Part shown: in pieces, positions 9,573 to 19,103 of the stretch | Layout: every line of letters begins with the position of its first letter | How positions within the stretch are numbered: the stretch's first letter is position 1 | From: Candidatus Brocadiia bacterium | GTDB lineage: Bacteria > Planctomycetota > Brocadiia > CAIUPP01 | NCBI GenBank assembly: GCA_050015075.1 | Contig: JBEKCB010000008.1 | Coordinates: 64,001 to 128,000 of the forward strand | Direction: 5' to 3' | Length of the DNA stretch: 64,000 nucleotides | Notes under the pieces: model-generated | Told to the model about the DNA's origin: nothing | What the model saw: the letters and a program-made list of their open reading frames with translations, nothing else | Database searches by the model: none | Position numbers and translations under genes: made by a program

Positions 9573-10484
9573 ATGGCAACAGACAAGAGGACACATAAAA
9601 TGCGAGTTGCTTTTCTAATGGGAGTTCTTCTCATGGCAGCCTCGGCAGGATGCGCCGGCCGTCCGGACCTGACGCCGCCCAAGACCGGCACGGCGAAGGC
9701 GCCCAAGGGTATTCGGTCGGGCGAGTGGAAACTGGTGTGGTCCGATGAGTTCGATTACGAAGGTCTGCCGGATAAGACCAAGTGGGATTATGAGGAGGGG
9801 TTCGTCCGGAACCACGAAGTGCAATACTACACCCGCGACCGTAAAGAAAATGCAAGGGTCGAGAACGGAATGCTGGTCATCGAGGCGCGGAAAGAGGAAT
9901 TCAAGAATCCGAAGTACGAACCGGGGTCGTCGAGATGGAGCAGGAGCCGCGAATTCGCCGAAGTCACGTCAGCCAGCCTGACCACCCGAAACAAGTTCAG
10001 TTGCAAGTACGGTCGAGTTGAGGTCCGCGCCAAGTTGCCCCAGGGCAAGGGCGTCTGGCCGGCCATCTGGACTCTCGGGAACAATATCGCGGAGGTCCGA
10101 TGGCCCGGGTGCGGAGAAATCGACATCATGGAATTTGTCGGGCGCGAGCCGAACCATATTCATGGCACGGCCCACTACTCCGTCAATGGGAAGAACGTTG
10201 GGAGTGGCGAGACATTGGAAACCCAGGAGCCTTTCGCCGAGTTCCACGTATACGCTATCGAGTGGGATTCAGACCACATTGATTTCTTCTTCGACGACAC
10301 GAGGTACTTCACGTTCTCCCTCGACAAGGCCGGAACCGGCGATGACAACCCCTTCCGTAAACCCCACTACTTGCTCATCAACCTGGCGATGGGCGGCGAT
10401 TGGGGAGGCGAGATTGACAATTCGATCTTTCCGCAGAAGTACTACATTGATTATGTGAGGGTCTACGAGAAGACCGGGCAATAG
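9573..10484 (+). CDS. GH16 glycoside hydrolase (laminarinase-like), probable lipoprotein
   Basis: WKLVWSDEF, WPAIW, GEIDIME catalytic motif, FHVYAIEW; lipobox SAGC. Confidence 0.92.
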   Translation: MATDKRTHKMRVAFLMGVLLMAASAGCAGRPDLTPPKTGTAKAPKGIRSGEWKLVWSDEFDYEGLPDKTKWDYEEGFVRNHEVQYYTRDRKENARVENGMLVIEARKEEFKNPKYEPGSSRWSRSREFAEVTSASLTTRNKFSCKYGRVEVRAKLPQGKGVWPAIWTLGNNIAEVRWPGCGEIDIMEFVGREPNHIHGTAHYSVNGKNVGSGETLETQEPFAEFHVYAIEWDSDHIDFFFDDTRYFTFSLDKAGTGDDNPFRKPHYLLINLAMGGDWGGEIDNSIFPQKYYIDYVRVYEKTGQ

Positions 10485-10573
10485 GCCGCGGCGGGCGGCA
10501 TTGATTTCCTTCGGAGCCTCCGGTAACATGTGCGGCCATGCTGTTCGCGTTTTTTCCATGAAAGGACAACGCC

Positions 10574-11740
10574 ATGGCCAAATCCTCCGCCGCGAGCAAA
10601 TGGACGCCGATCCCCGCCGGGCTGAGCAAGATGACGCTCCGCGAGCGCTGGGTCCGCACGATGCATTACAAGAAGGCCGACCGGCTGCCGATGATGGAGT
10701 TCGGCTACTGGGACGAGACGCTCCCGCTCTGGCACGAACAGGGCCTGCCGCGCACGGTCCAGACCGAGGCGCAGGCGTACGCCTATTTCGGGATCGAGGA
10801 CTGGCGCGATTCGGGCGTCAACACCAACGGCCTCTGCCCGGGCTTCGAGCGCGAGACGATCGAGGAGAACGACGACTACATTATCTGGCGCGATGAGGAG
10901 CGCGCGGTCAAGAAGGAATCGAAGAAGGTCATCAAGACGATCCCGCATTTCATTGACTACGGGCTGAAGAACCGCGAGGACTGGAAGCTCTTCAAGAAGC
11001 GGCTCGACCCGGCGACGCCGGAGCGGTTTCCCGCCGACTGGGAGCGCCGCGTGGAGGAGATGCGCAAGCGCGATTACCCGCTGTGCGTCAGCATCGGCAG
11101 CCTGATCGGCAAGCCGCGCAACTGGGCCGGCTTCGAGAATATCGGCGTGCTCGCCTACGACGACCCGGCGCTGTTCGAGGAAATCATCGAGACGATCTGC
11201 GCCTGCGGCTGCGCGGTGCTCGAGCGCGTGCTCAAGCAGGCGCAGCCCGATTTCGGCGCGGGCTGGGAGGACATCTGCTTCAAGAACGGCCCGATCATCA
11301 GCCCGAAGATGTTCGACAAGTGGATCGTCCCGCGCTACAAGCGCATCACCGACCTCCTCCTGAAGCACGGCGTGGACGTGGTCTGGACCGACTGCGACGG
11401 GAACCTGATGCCGATCCTCGACCAGTTCCTCGCCGGCGGAATCAACTGCATGTTCCCGCTGGAGGTGGCCGGCGGCACCGACCCGGTGGCGATCCGCGAG
11501 AAGTACGGCCGCAGGGTGCTCCTCCAGGGCGGCGTGGACAAGGTGGCGCTGCTGAAGGGGCCGAAAGGGATCGAGCAGGAACTGCTCCGCCTTAAGCCGC
11601 TGGTCGAGGACGGCGGCTTCGTCCCGCACGTGGACCACCGCTGCCCGGCCGACGTGACGCTGGAGAACTACAAGTTCTACCTGAAGCTCAAGCGCCAGAT
11701 GTTCAACGCCGGCGATTTGAAGCCGCATTACAAAGAGTGA
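10574..11740 (+). CDS. Uroporphyrinogen decarboxylase/MtaA-CmuA family protein
   Basis: RER...DRLP, WEDICFKNGPIISP, DCDGN, GGVDK, GGFVPHVDH. Confidence 0.85.
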   Translation: MAKSSAASKWTPIPAGLSKMTLRERWVRTMHYKKADRLPMMEFGYWDETLPLWHEQGLPRTVQTEAQAYAYFGIEDWRDSGVNTNGLCPGFERETIEENDDYIIWRDEERAVKKESKKVIKTIPHFIDYGLKNREDWKLFKKRLDPATPERFPADWERRVEEMRKRDYPLCVSIGSLIGKPRNWAGFENIGVLAYDDPALFEEIIETICACGCAVLERVLKQAQPDFGAGWEDICFKNGPIISPKMFDKWIVPRYKRITDLLLKHGVDVVWTDCDGNLMPILDQFLAGGINCMFPLEVAGGTDPVAIREKYGRRVLLQGGVDKVALLKGPKGIEQELLRLKPLVEDGGFVPHVDHRCPADVTLENYKFYLKLKRQMFNAGDLKPHYKE

Positions 11741-11968
11741 CGCCGGGAACGGCGAGTGGAGCTTGCCGAGGGCTGACAGCGCGCTGAGTGCCGAAACATC
11801 GCGCATTCTGGCGTCCTTTCAGCGCCGTTCGGCGCTCGCGATTCAGTGCTCGCCGGCCGCCGTCTATTCCCGCTGAAATTTGCGCCGGGGCCTCTTCTGC
11901 GATAGGATAGGCGGCAGGGGTATTGCGTTTCTCTCCACGGGCGGATTTACAGGAACGTCGAAACCGAT

Positions 11969-12922
11969 ATGCGCATTCGATTCAGACGGGTCAAGGACGT
12001 GACCATTCGTCCGACGCACTGGCTCATCTCCGCCGGCGCGCTGCTGCCGGAATGGCTTCGGCGCTCCTACTTCAAGAGCTTCGGGCTTCTGGGGAAGGCC
12101 TACTATTTCACGCCGTCCAACCATGCGCGCCGGACGGTGGGCAATTTCTGCCGCTTGACCGGCCGCTCCGATCCCCAGGAGATTTATTTCCAGATGGTGG
12201 ATAACCTCCTGTTCGCCGCGTCCGCGTTCGGCCGGCTGATGTCCGACGGGACCGACGCGGTGGCGAACATGGTGACGTTCGACGAGCCGAGCGCCGCGCG
12301 GATGGAGGCGGTCCGCGCGAAGTACGGCGCCGGGATCATGCTGGTCCCGCATTGCGCCGCCTCGGTGCTCTCGGCGGCGGGATTCGGCAAGCGGTTCCGG
12401 ACGCTGGTGCTCGTCCGCGAGTCTCGGAGCATGAGTCGCCAGCTTCTGATGCGGCGGTACTTCGAAAAGCTCGGGCCGGAACTGCTCTTCGTCCGCCACA
12501 CCGACCCGGCGGTCGTGGCGCGCGGGATCCTCAGAGCGCTGCACGAGAAGAAGTTCGTGATCGGGACCACTGACCTGGCGCGCAACGGGGCGGACACGGT
12601 GGAGGTCGAGTTCTTCGGCCAGACCGTGTCGCTGCCGGCGTGGCCGGCCCGCTTCAGCGCGCGGCGCAAGATTCCCATCCTGCCCGGCTACATCCGCGTG
12701 TCCGGCGGCCGGATCGTCCTGAGCTGCGACGAGCCGTACATCGAGCCGGACGTAGCGGCCGCGACGCAGCGCTGGGCGCGGTACTTCGAGAAGAGCATCC
12801 GCGAGTCGCCCGCTGACTGGGTCTTCATGCTCGACAAGCACTGGTCGAGCGTGATCGCCAAAGCCGCCTCGGCTCAGCGGCACTCGCCCAAAGGCGCCGC
12901 CGCCCTGCGCGCGCCGGTATAG
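11969..12922 (+). CDS. Lysophospholipid/LpxL-like acyltransferase
   Basis: VEFFG...LPAWPARFS, PILP, P.DW.F....W; directly upstream of psd-pssA. Confidence 0.7.
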   Translation: MRIRFRRVKDVTIRPTHWLISAGALLPEWLRRSYFKSFGLLGKAYYFTPSNHARRTVGNFCRLTGRSDPQEIYFQMVDNLLFAASAFGRLMSDGTDAVANMVTFDEPSAARMEAVRAKYGAGIMLVPHCAASVLSAAGFGKRFRTLVLVRESRSMSRQLLMRRYFEKLGPELLFVRHTDPAVVARGILRALHEKKFVIGTTDLARNGADTVEVEFFGQTVSLPAWPARFSARRKIPILPGYIRVSGGRIVLSCDEPYIEPDVAAATQRWARYFEKSIRESPADWVFMLDKHWSSVIAKAASAQRHSPKGAAALRAPV

Positions 12923-12958
12923 CGCCATTCCTTGACTTTCCGCGACGCAGTTGTTTAG

Positions 12959-13699
12959 ATGCCGGAAATTCCCCAGTTGGAGAAACGAACCATTCTCGCC
13001 TCGTACGGCTGGAAGACCTGGCTGCCGCTGGGCCTGGCGCTGATTGCGGCGTCGGTGCTGAGCGCATTCTATGCGCCCTGGATCAGCCCCATTTTCGTCC
13101 TGGGGCTGCTCTTCACCCTCTGGTTCTTTCGCGATCCGGAGCGCCGCAGCGACGCGCCGGCGGAGGCGCTGCTCTCGCCGGCCGACGGCAAGGTGGTGGA
13201 GATCGGCGCGGCCGAGGAGCCGGAGTTCGTCGGCGGGCCGGCGCACAAGATCGCGATCTTCATGTCGGTCTTCGACGTGCACGTCAACCGCTCGCCGTGC
13301 GATGCCAGCGTGGACTGGACGCGCCACGAGAGCGGAAAATTCTTCAACGCGATGGGCCCGCAGGCGAGCGTGGAGAACGAGCGCGTGCTCGTCGCGCTGC
13401 GGCGCCGCCCTGAGGAAGCTCGAAGGGCCGGCGCTTCGACCTCAGTTCAGGGCCGTCCTGAGGAAGCTCGAACGGACGGCAAGCCGCTGCTGGTGAAGCT
13501 GATCGCCGGCTTGGTCGCGCGGCGCATCGTCTGTCCGCTCAAGCCGGGCGACCCGCTCCGTCGCGGGCAGCGGCTGGGCATGATTCAATTCGGCTCGCGC
13601 GTCGAGATCTTCCTGCCGCGGTCGGAGAAATTCGAGCCGGCCGTGCGGCTCGGCCAGAGCGTGCGCGCGGGCCGGACGGTGCTCGGGAACTGGCGATGA
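12959..13699 (+). CDS. psd: Phosphatidylserine decarboxylase proenzyme
   Basis: FFRDPER, SPADG, IFMSVFDVHVNRSP, IAGLVARRI, FGS cleavage motif. Confidence 0.95.
   Translation: MPEIPQLEKRTILASYGWKTWLPLGLALIAASVLSAFYAPWISPIFVLGLLFTLWFFRDPERRSDAPAEALLSPADGKVVEIGAAEEPEFVGGPAHKIAIFMSVFDVHVNRSPCDASVDWTRHESGKFFNAMGPQASVENERVLVALRRRPEEARRAGASTSVQGRPEEARTDGKPLLVKLIAGLVARRIVCPLKPGDPLRRGQRLGMIQFGSRVEIFLPRSEKFEPAVRLGQSVRAGRTVLGNWR
13407..13477. repeat. Palindromic repeat element inserted in frame in psd
   Basis: gccctgaggaagctcgaagggc / gcttcgacctcagttcagggc / gtcctgaggaagctcgaacggac. Confidence 0.75.
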
Positions 13700-14538
13700 C
13701 CACGAAACGGGTGCCCATCCTGCCGACGCTGGTGACGCTGGGGAACGCGTTCTGCGGCTTCACGGCCATCGACTACGCCATGCGGGCCGCCGCCGATCTT
13801 CCCCGGTTCTACCACTGGATCGGCTGGTCGGGCGGAATGATCCTGGTGGCGATGGTGTTCGACGCGCTCGACGGAAAAGTCGCGCGCCTGGCGCACGCCA
13901 CGAGCGACCTGGGCCGGGAGCTGGATTCGCTCTGCGACGTGATTTCGTTCGGCGTCGCCCCGGCGGTGATCGTCAAGACCCTGGCGACGTACCAGAACTA
14001 CCTGCCGCGCCTGGGCTGGGCGGCGAGCGCGCTCTTCGTGATGTGCGCGGCGCTGCGGCTGGCGCGGTTCAACATCGAGACCGACGCCGCGGAGGAGTCG
14101 CACTGGTACTTCAAAGGCCTGCCGAGTCCCGCCGCGGCGGGCTTCATCGCCGCCCTGGCGGTCAACATCTCCGAGGTCCGCGTGGCGGCCGTAGCGACGC
14201 ACGAGTTCGCCGCCGTCGCCCGGACGCTGCTGCCGATCATGGACGGCCTGCTGGCCGCCGTCCCGTTCGTGGCGCTGGTCCTCGCGCTCCTCATGATCAG
14301 CCGGGTCCGCTACGTTCACGTATTGAACAAGATGCTGCGCGGCCAGGAGCCGCTGGACTATCTCGTGAAACTGATCCTGCTGGCCATCCTGGCGGTGCTG
14401 ACCTGGCCGTTCAGCCTGGCGCTGGTCATCGGCGGATACGTGTTCTCCGGGATCGTGCTGTGGATCAAGGAACTGGTCTTCCCAAAGCCGCCCGCCGCCG
14501 CGAATCTCCCGCCGGCGGCGAAGGATCGCGAAAGCTGA
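13696..14538 (+). CDS. pssA: CDP-diacylglycerol--serine O-phosphatidyltransferase
   Basis: DALDGKVAR...G.ELDSLCDVISFG, RLARFN, FKGLPSP; ATGA overlap with psd. Confidence 0.95.
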   Translation: MTTKRVPILPTLVTLGNAFCGFTAIDYAMRAAADLPRFYHWIGWSGGMILVAMVFDALDGKVARLAHATSDLGRELDSLCDVISFGVAPAVIVKTLATYQNYLPRLGWAASALFVMCAALRLARFNIETDAAEESHWYFKGLPSPAAAGFIAALAVNISEVRVAAVATHEFAAVARTLLPIMDGLLAAVPFVALVLALLMISRVRYVHVLNKMLRGQEPLDYLVKLILLAILAVLTWPFSLALVIGGYVFSGIVLWIKELVFPKPPAAANLPPAAKDRES

Positions 14539-14849
14539 TCCCGAAGGCAAACTGAGGCCTGCCGCATCGCTCTTCTGCGTAGTCTACGAGGTCGTGAAAG
14601 CGCTTGGCAGGCTCTCCACGGCATTTGCATGCACGAAAGCGGACTTGGCGAAAGCCGTAGCGACCGTCGAGAGTCTTGTTGCGGCTGCTAAGAAGGCCGT
14701 ATAGCGGAAGACTGGGGCGGCCCGAACCGAAAGGGGCGGCTCTTTCAGTCTTCATGGGATATTTCAGGTCGTCGGGGCTTGACACGTGCGCGACGCACTG
14801 CGAAAATTCCCGCACTGGGCAGGAGAAAGATGCTGATGGGAAATGTCGC

Positions 14850-15686
14850 ATGAAATGCGCAGTGCCGCTTGTCATGATGATGCTCGTCGCTACGTGCGGC
14901 TGCATGTACCTGGACACCGGACCTCGTCAACTGCCGCCTGCAAATAAGTTTACGCCGTTACAAATCTCCATCTTTCCCTATCGTCCAGGCCCAGAGTATA
15001 AAGATCTACGTCTCTGTATTGCGCCCCTAAACTGGGACGTCTACGGTCTTAGCATGGCGCTTTGGCAAGGAGATAACTATACCGTCGCCGGTTTGGACGT
15101 TGGGCTGGTTAACTGCGCGGAGGAGGCCCTCCACGGTGTCCAAGCCTGCCTCTTGTCGGCTGCAGACAATGTGAACGGTGTACAAATAGGGCTGGCGGCC
15201 AGCGCTGCTGGGGGAAGAATGCGCGGCCTCCAAGTCTCAACAATTTGGAATCTTTGTTTGCTCGAAGAAGCAAAAGCAGATGGGGTACAAATCGCGTTGA
15301 TAGGGAATACGGCGACCGAGTTAAACGGGCTTCAACTATCCCTCTGGAACAACTCAGGTGATGCGCGCGGCGCGCAGATCAGCCCAATTCTGAACAGGGC
15401 TTCGACTATGAGAGGCTTCCAATTCGGGCTGGTCAATTTTTCTCAACAGAGTGAAGGTGTCCAGTTGGGCCTCGTTAACATCATTAGGGACAGCTATGTG
15501 CCGTTCCTTCCATTCGTCAATGTGCACTTCTCTCGGAAACAAGCAGCCGAAGCTCTCACGGAAGCCGGAACTCTGGGGCAAGTTCGTGACCAGACAATAG
15601 GACACAATTGCGCGTGTGACAGTACCATGATCAGTAGGCCATTTTGCAGTTTCGTGACTCTCTACCCCACAAGCACCAACGACTGA
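14850..15686 (+). CDS. Probable lipoprotein with G-V/L-Q-I-G-L-x-N beta-solenoid repeats (LA_2272-like)
   Basis: Repeated GVQIG/GLQLS/GFQFGLVN; C-terminal PFLPFVN; lower GC than flanks. Confidence 0.7.
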   Translation: MKCAVPLVMMMLVATCGCMYLDTGPRQLPPANKFTPLQISIFPYRPGPEYKDLRLCIAPLNWDVYGLSMALWQGDNYTVAGLDVGLVNCAEEALHGVQACLLSAADNVNGVQIGLAASAAGGRMRGLQVSTIWNLCLLEEAKADGVQIALIGNTATELNGLQLSLWNNSGDARGAQISPILNRASTMRGFQFGLVNFSQQSEGVQLGLVNIIRDSYVPFLPFVNVHFSRKQAAEALTEAGTLGQVRDQTIGHNCACDSTMISRPFCSFVTLYPTSTND

Positions 15687-15743
15687 TAGCGCCCCGACTG
15701 AGGTCTGGAGGCCCCGGTTTCAAGTCCCGCCGGCCGCCGCTCG

Positions 15744-16814
15744 TCACACCTTAAACCGGATAAGCAGGATGTCGCCGTCCTGGACGGCGTAATCTTTCCC
15801 CTCGAGGTGCATCCGCCCCGCGTTCTTGGCTTCCTTGACGCCGCCGTATTTCACGAAATCCTCGTAGGCGATCACCTCGGCGCGGATGAAGCCGCGGGCG
15901 AGGTCGCTGTGGATTTTCCCGGCGGCGGTCACCGCGTTGTCGCCGTCCCGGATCGTCCAGGCGTTCACGCCCGGCTCGCCGGCGGTGAAAAACGAGCGCT
16001 GCCCCAGCGCGTGATAGCAGGCGCGGATGATCCGGCGCGCGGCCGGCTCGCGGATGCCCAGCCCTTCGAGAAACTCCCCGCGCTCCTCCGGCGCCAACTC
16101 GGCGATCTCCTTCTCCGCCTGCGCGCAGATCGCCTCCGTCTGTGGCCCCAGGCCCTGCGCCGCGGCGCGCGTCGCCTCGGACGACAGCCCGTCCTCTGAA
16201 ATGTTCAAAACCGTCAGCATCGGCTTCACGCTAAGGAACTGCATCTCCTTGAGCAGCGCGGTCTCCTCGGTCGAGAACTGGATTGCCGACGCCCGCTGGC
16301 CGCGCTCCAGGCCCTCCTTGAGACGCTGTAGCGCCGCGAGCTCCTTCTTGTCGCGCTCCATCGTCGCGGCGTGCTTGGCGACCTGTTTCTCGACGCGCAC
16401 GATGCGGCGTTCGACGACGTCGAGGTCGGCGACGATCAGCTCTGCCTCCAATTCGGCGGTGTCGCGCTTGGCATCGAGCGAGCCGCGCGGGTGCGGCGGC
16501 GCGTTGGGCGAGTTGAAATGCCGCACGACGTTGACGATCCCATCGGCCTCGCGGCAGGCGGCGAGGACGTCGGTGACGCGCTCGCGCTCCATGTCCGAAT
16601 CCACGCCGGCCACGTCCAGGAAATCCACGTGCGCGGGCGTCACCTTCTCGGGCTTGAACGCCTTCGCCAGCGCGTCGAGCCGCTCGTCCGGGACCGCCAC
16701 CGTCGCCAGGTGCGCGGCCGCGCCGCGGTCCACCGCCGTGCCGTGCGCGCCGGTGATCGCCTCGAAAAGCGTCGTCTTCCCGCTGTACGGCAGGCCGACA
16801 ATTGCGATTCTCAT
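15744..16814 (-). CDS. ychF: YchF/OLA1 family ATPase
   Basis: GLPYSGKTT, VPDERL, FFTAG, AAGKIHSDLARGFIRAEV, EGKDYAVQDGD. Confidence 0.93.
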   Translation of the reverse strand: MRIAIVGLPYSGKTTLFEAITGAHGTAVDRGAAAHLATVAVPDERLDALAKAFKPEKVTPAHVDFLDVAGVDSDMERERVTDVLAACREADGIVNVVRHFNSPNAPPHPRGSLDAKRDTAELEAELIVADLDVVERRIVRVEKQVAKHAATMERDKKELAALQRLKEGLERGQRASAIQFSTEETALLKEMQFLSVKPMLTVLNISEDGLSSEATRAAAQGLGPQTEAICAQAEKEIAELAPEERGEFLEGLGIREPAARRIIRACYHALGQRSFFTAGEPGVNAWTIRDGDNAVTAAGKIHSDLARGFIRAEVIAYEDFVKYGGVKEAKNAGRMHLEGKDYAVQDGDILLIRFKV

Positions 16815-17007
16815 TCTTCCGCCAATTCAGTAAAATCGTGACGCCGCATCTGGCCTGGGTTATCCGCGAGCGCGCCGGCTTGGCACGGCCCGAGTCTAGC
16901 ACAAAGGGCGGGCAAGGACAACCTGAGCGCCACCAGCTTGCTTGCCTTATTCGGTCACGGATGTTAATCTCAACTTTTTCAATTTCTTCCCATTGGATAA
17001 CCCCGCT

Positions 17008-17724
17008 ATGAAATTACAAGGTGTGATCTTCGACATGGACGGCGTGCTGTGCGACTCCGAGCCGTTCATCTACGAGGCCTCGCGGCGGATGTTCGTGGAG
17101 ACGTACGGCATCAACCCGAAGGAGGAGGACTTTTTCCCGTTCGTCGGCGCCGGCGAGGACCGGTTCATTGGCGGCGTGGCGGAGAAGTACGGCATCCGTC
17201 TCGACGCGGAGCGCGATAAGGCGCGGACGTATGCGATCTACCTGGAGATCATCCGCGGCAAACTCGAGCCGCTGCCGGGCGTGGGCGAATTCGTCGGCCG
17301 ATGCCGCGAGCGCGGGTTGAAGATCGCCGTCGCCTCCGCCGCCGACGCCGTCAAGGTCAACGGCAACCTGCGCCAGATCGGCCTCACCGCGGAGACGTTC
17401 GACGCCGTCCTCACCGGGAACGACGTGCGGCGGAAGAAGCCGGACCCCGAGATTTTCCTCGCCGCCGCCGCGCGGCTGGGGCTGCGGGCGGAAAACTGCC
17501 TGGTCATCGAGGACGCCCCGAACGGCCTCCGCGCCGGAAAAACCGCCGGCGCCGCGTGCCTGGGCATCACCACCAAGTTCGACGCCGCCACGCTCCGAGC
17601 CGCCGGCGCCGACTGGACCGCGCCCGACCTCGCCCACGCGCCGGAGGAAGTCTTCGGCGGCGCCGATGCCGAAGGAAACGACGTTTTTGCCGCGAAGAGG
17701 CGCAAGAAAGAAAAGCAACCTTAG
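17008..17724 (+). CDS. HAD family phosphatase (beta-PGM/CbbY-like)
   Basis: IFDMDGVL, KKPDPEIF, VIEDAPNG. Confidence 0.9.
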   Translation: MKLQGVIFDMDGVLCDSEPFIYEASRRMFVETYGINPKEEDFFPFVGAGEDRFIGGVAEKYGIRLDAERDKARTYAIYLEIIRGKLEPLPGVGEFVGRCRERGLKIAVASAADAVKVNGNLRQIGLTAETFDAVLTGNDVRRKKPDPEIFLAAAARLGLRAENCLVIEDAPNGLRAGKTAGAACLGITTKFDAATLRAAGADWTAPDLAHAPEEVFGGADAEGNDVFAAKRRKKEKQP

Positions 17725-17765
17725 GTGTTCGTAAAGCCGTGCCACTTGGTCCTCTTCGCGGCAAA
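17686..17765. repeat. REP-like inverted repeat, copy 1
   Basis: Perfect 15-bp arms tttgccgcgaagagg / cctcttcgcggcaaa; the left arm lies in the HAD 3' end. Confidence 0.85.
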
Positions 17766-17920
17766 GACCCGGCGTTCATTCCGCGTTCCCGCTTTCGCTG
17801 GAGCTACGGCGGGCTAGCTGCAATCCGCGCTCGCCGCTGACGGCTTATTTGCTTTGCCCGGCGGAATGTCGGAAAATGGAGTATTGTCGGTTTCTTTCAC
17901 GGAAGGAATGCGGTTCCGAA

Positions 17921-18952
17921 ATGGCTCGAGCGGTTTTCATTCTCCTGGTCGTTGGGCTGGCGCTGGCGATCGCCATTACGATGGTCCCGCGGATGCACGC
18001 GGCGGGAGCCGGGCAGCGCGCCGCAAGTCCGAGCGCGGGCGGTTCGCCTTCGCCCGCCGCGGGCGGCCGGACGCTGATCGTGCTGAAGAACGGCAATCAG
18101 CTCTCCGGCGACGTGCTCAAGGAGAAAGCCGATTCGATCGTGCTCGACCTGGGATTCGCGGTCCTGACGGTGCCGGTCGAGGATATCCAGGAGCGGCGGC
18201 TGGAGTCGCAGGCGGCGGACCTGAAACTCGAAGGCGGCCCGGACAGCATCTACACCGAGGTGGACCCGCGCACGCGCCAGGAGCGGCCGGTGAAGGCGCT
18301 CGCCGACGAGCTGGGCGGATCGGTGGCGGTGGTCGAGACGCCGGCGGCGCTGGGCTCGTGCTTCGCGATTGACGAGCGCGGCTACTTCGTCACGAACTGC
18401 CACGTGATCCAGGGCGAGCAGGAGATCAGCATCAAGCTGTTCCGAAAAGGGATGGCCGGCTCGGACACGCTGAAGATTGACAAGGTGCAGATCGTGGCGA
18501 TGAGCCCGTTCATGGACCTGGCGCTGCTGAAGGCGACGATTCCGCCGGACGTGCACCTGCGGGCGCTGCCGCTGGGGTTCAGCGATTCGATCCAGAACGG
18601 ACAGACGGTCTTCGCCATCGGCAGCCCGCTCGGGCTGGAGCGGACGGTCTCGCAGGGGATCGTGAGCGCCCGGCGGCGCTCGTTCGAGGGACAGCCGTTC
18701 CTGCAGATGACCGCGGCGCTCAACCCGGGCAATTCGGGCGGGCCGCTCTTCGACCTGCGCGGCGAGGTGATCGGCGTGACGAGCATGAAGGCCGGCCTCT
18801 TCAGCGAGGGGCTCGGCTTCGCGATTCCGGTGGATACGCTCAAATCCTTCCTGCGCGACCGCGACGTCTACGCGTTCGACAAAGACAACCCCAATAACGG
18901 CTACCGATATCTTCCGCCTCCGCGAAAGCCGGGTGCGAAACCGGCGGAGTAG
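17921..18952 (+). CDS. Trypsin-like (S1C) serine protease without PDZ domain
   Basis: VTNCHV, DLALLK, IGSPLGL, NPGNSGGPL. Confidence 0.92.
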   Translation: MARAVFILLVVGLALAIAITMVPRMHAAGAGQRAASPSAGGSPSPAAGGRTLIVLKNGNQLSGDVLKEKADSIVLDLGFAVLTVPVEDIQERRLESQAADLKLEGGPDSIYTEVDPRTRQERPVKALADELGGSVAVVETPAALGSCFAIDERGYFVTNCHVIQGEQEISIKLFRKGMAGSDTLKIDKVQIVAMSPFMDLALLKATIPPDVHLRALPLGFSDSIQNGQTVFAIGSPLGLERTVSQGIVSARRRSFEGQPFLQMTAALNPGNSGGPLFDLRGEVIGVTSMKAGLFSEGLGFAIPVDTLKSFLRDRDVYAFDKDNPNNGYRYLPPPRKPGAKPAE

Positions 18953-18983
18953 GCCGCGCGGAAGTGCAGGAAATCGCCGAAAG

Positions 18984-19063
18984 TTTTGCCGCAAAGAGGC
19001 GCAAGAGGCACAGCTCAAGGAAGAGAAAACTGCGTTTGTTTCTTGCGCCTCTTCGCGGCAAAA
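18984..19063. repeat. REP-like inverted repeat, copy 2
   Basis: ttttgccgcaaagaggcgcaaga / tcttgcgcctcttcgcggcaaaa (23 bp, 1 mismatch). Confidence 0.85.
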
Positions 19064-19103
19064 TTCGTGGCCGTTTTTTCGTGTTAGAGAAAGGAAGCTT
19101 CGG

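Noticed and set aside
11745-11860. Imperfect inverted repeat after the first UroD-like gene
   Set aside because: Arms too degenerate to assign to a family; may be just a terminator-like or decayed repeat
10463-13327. Long minus-strand ORFs (also opposite 3518-5605, 18840-20840, 27174-28850)
   Set aside because: Antisense shadows of well-supported genes with high GC3
15686-15742. tRNA-like 3' half (ggtttcaagtccc) as a possible att site
   Set aside because: Stems do not pair into a cloverleaf and no matching partner repeat was found in the window
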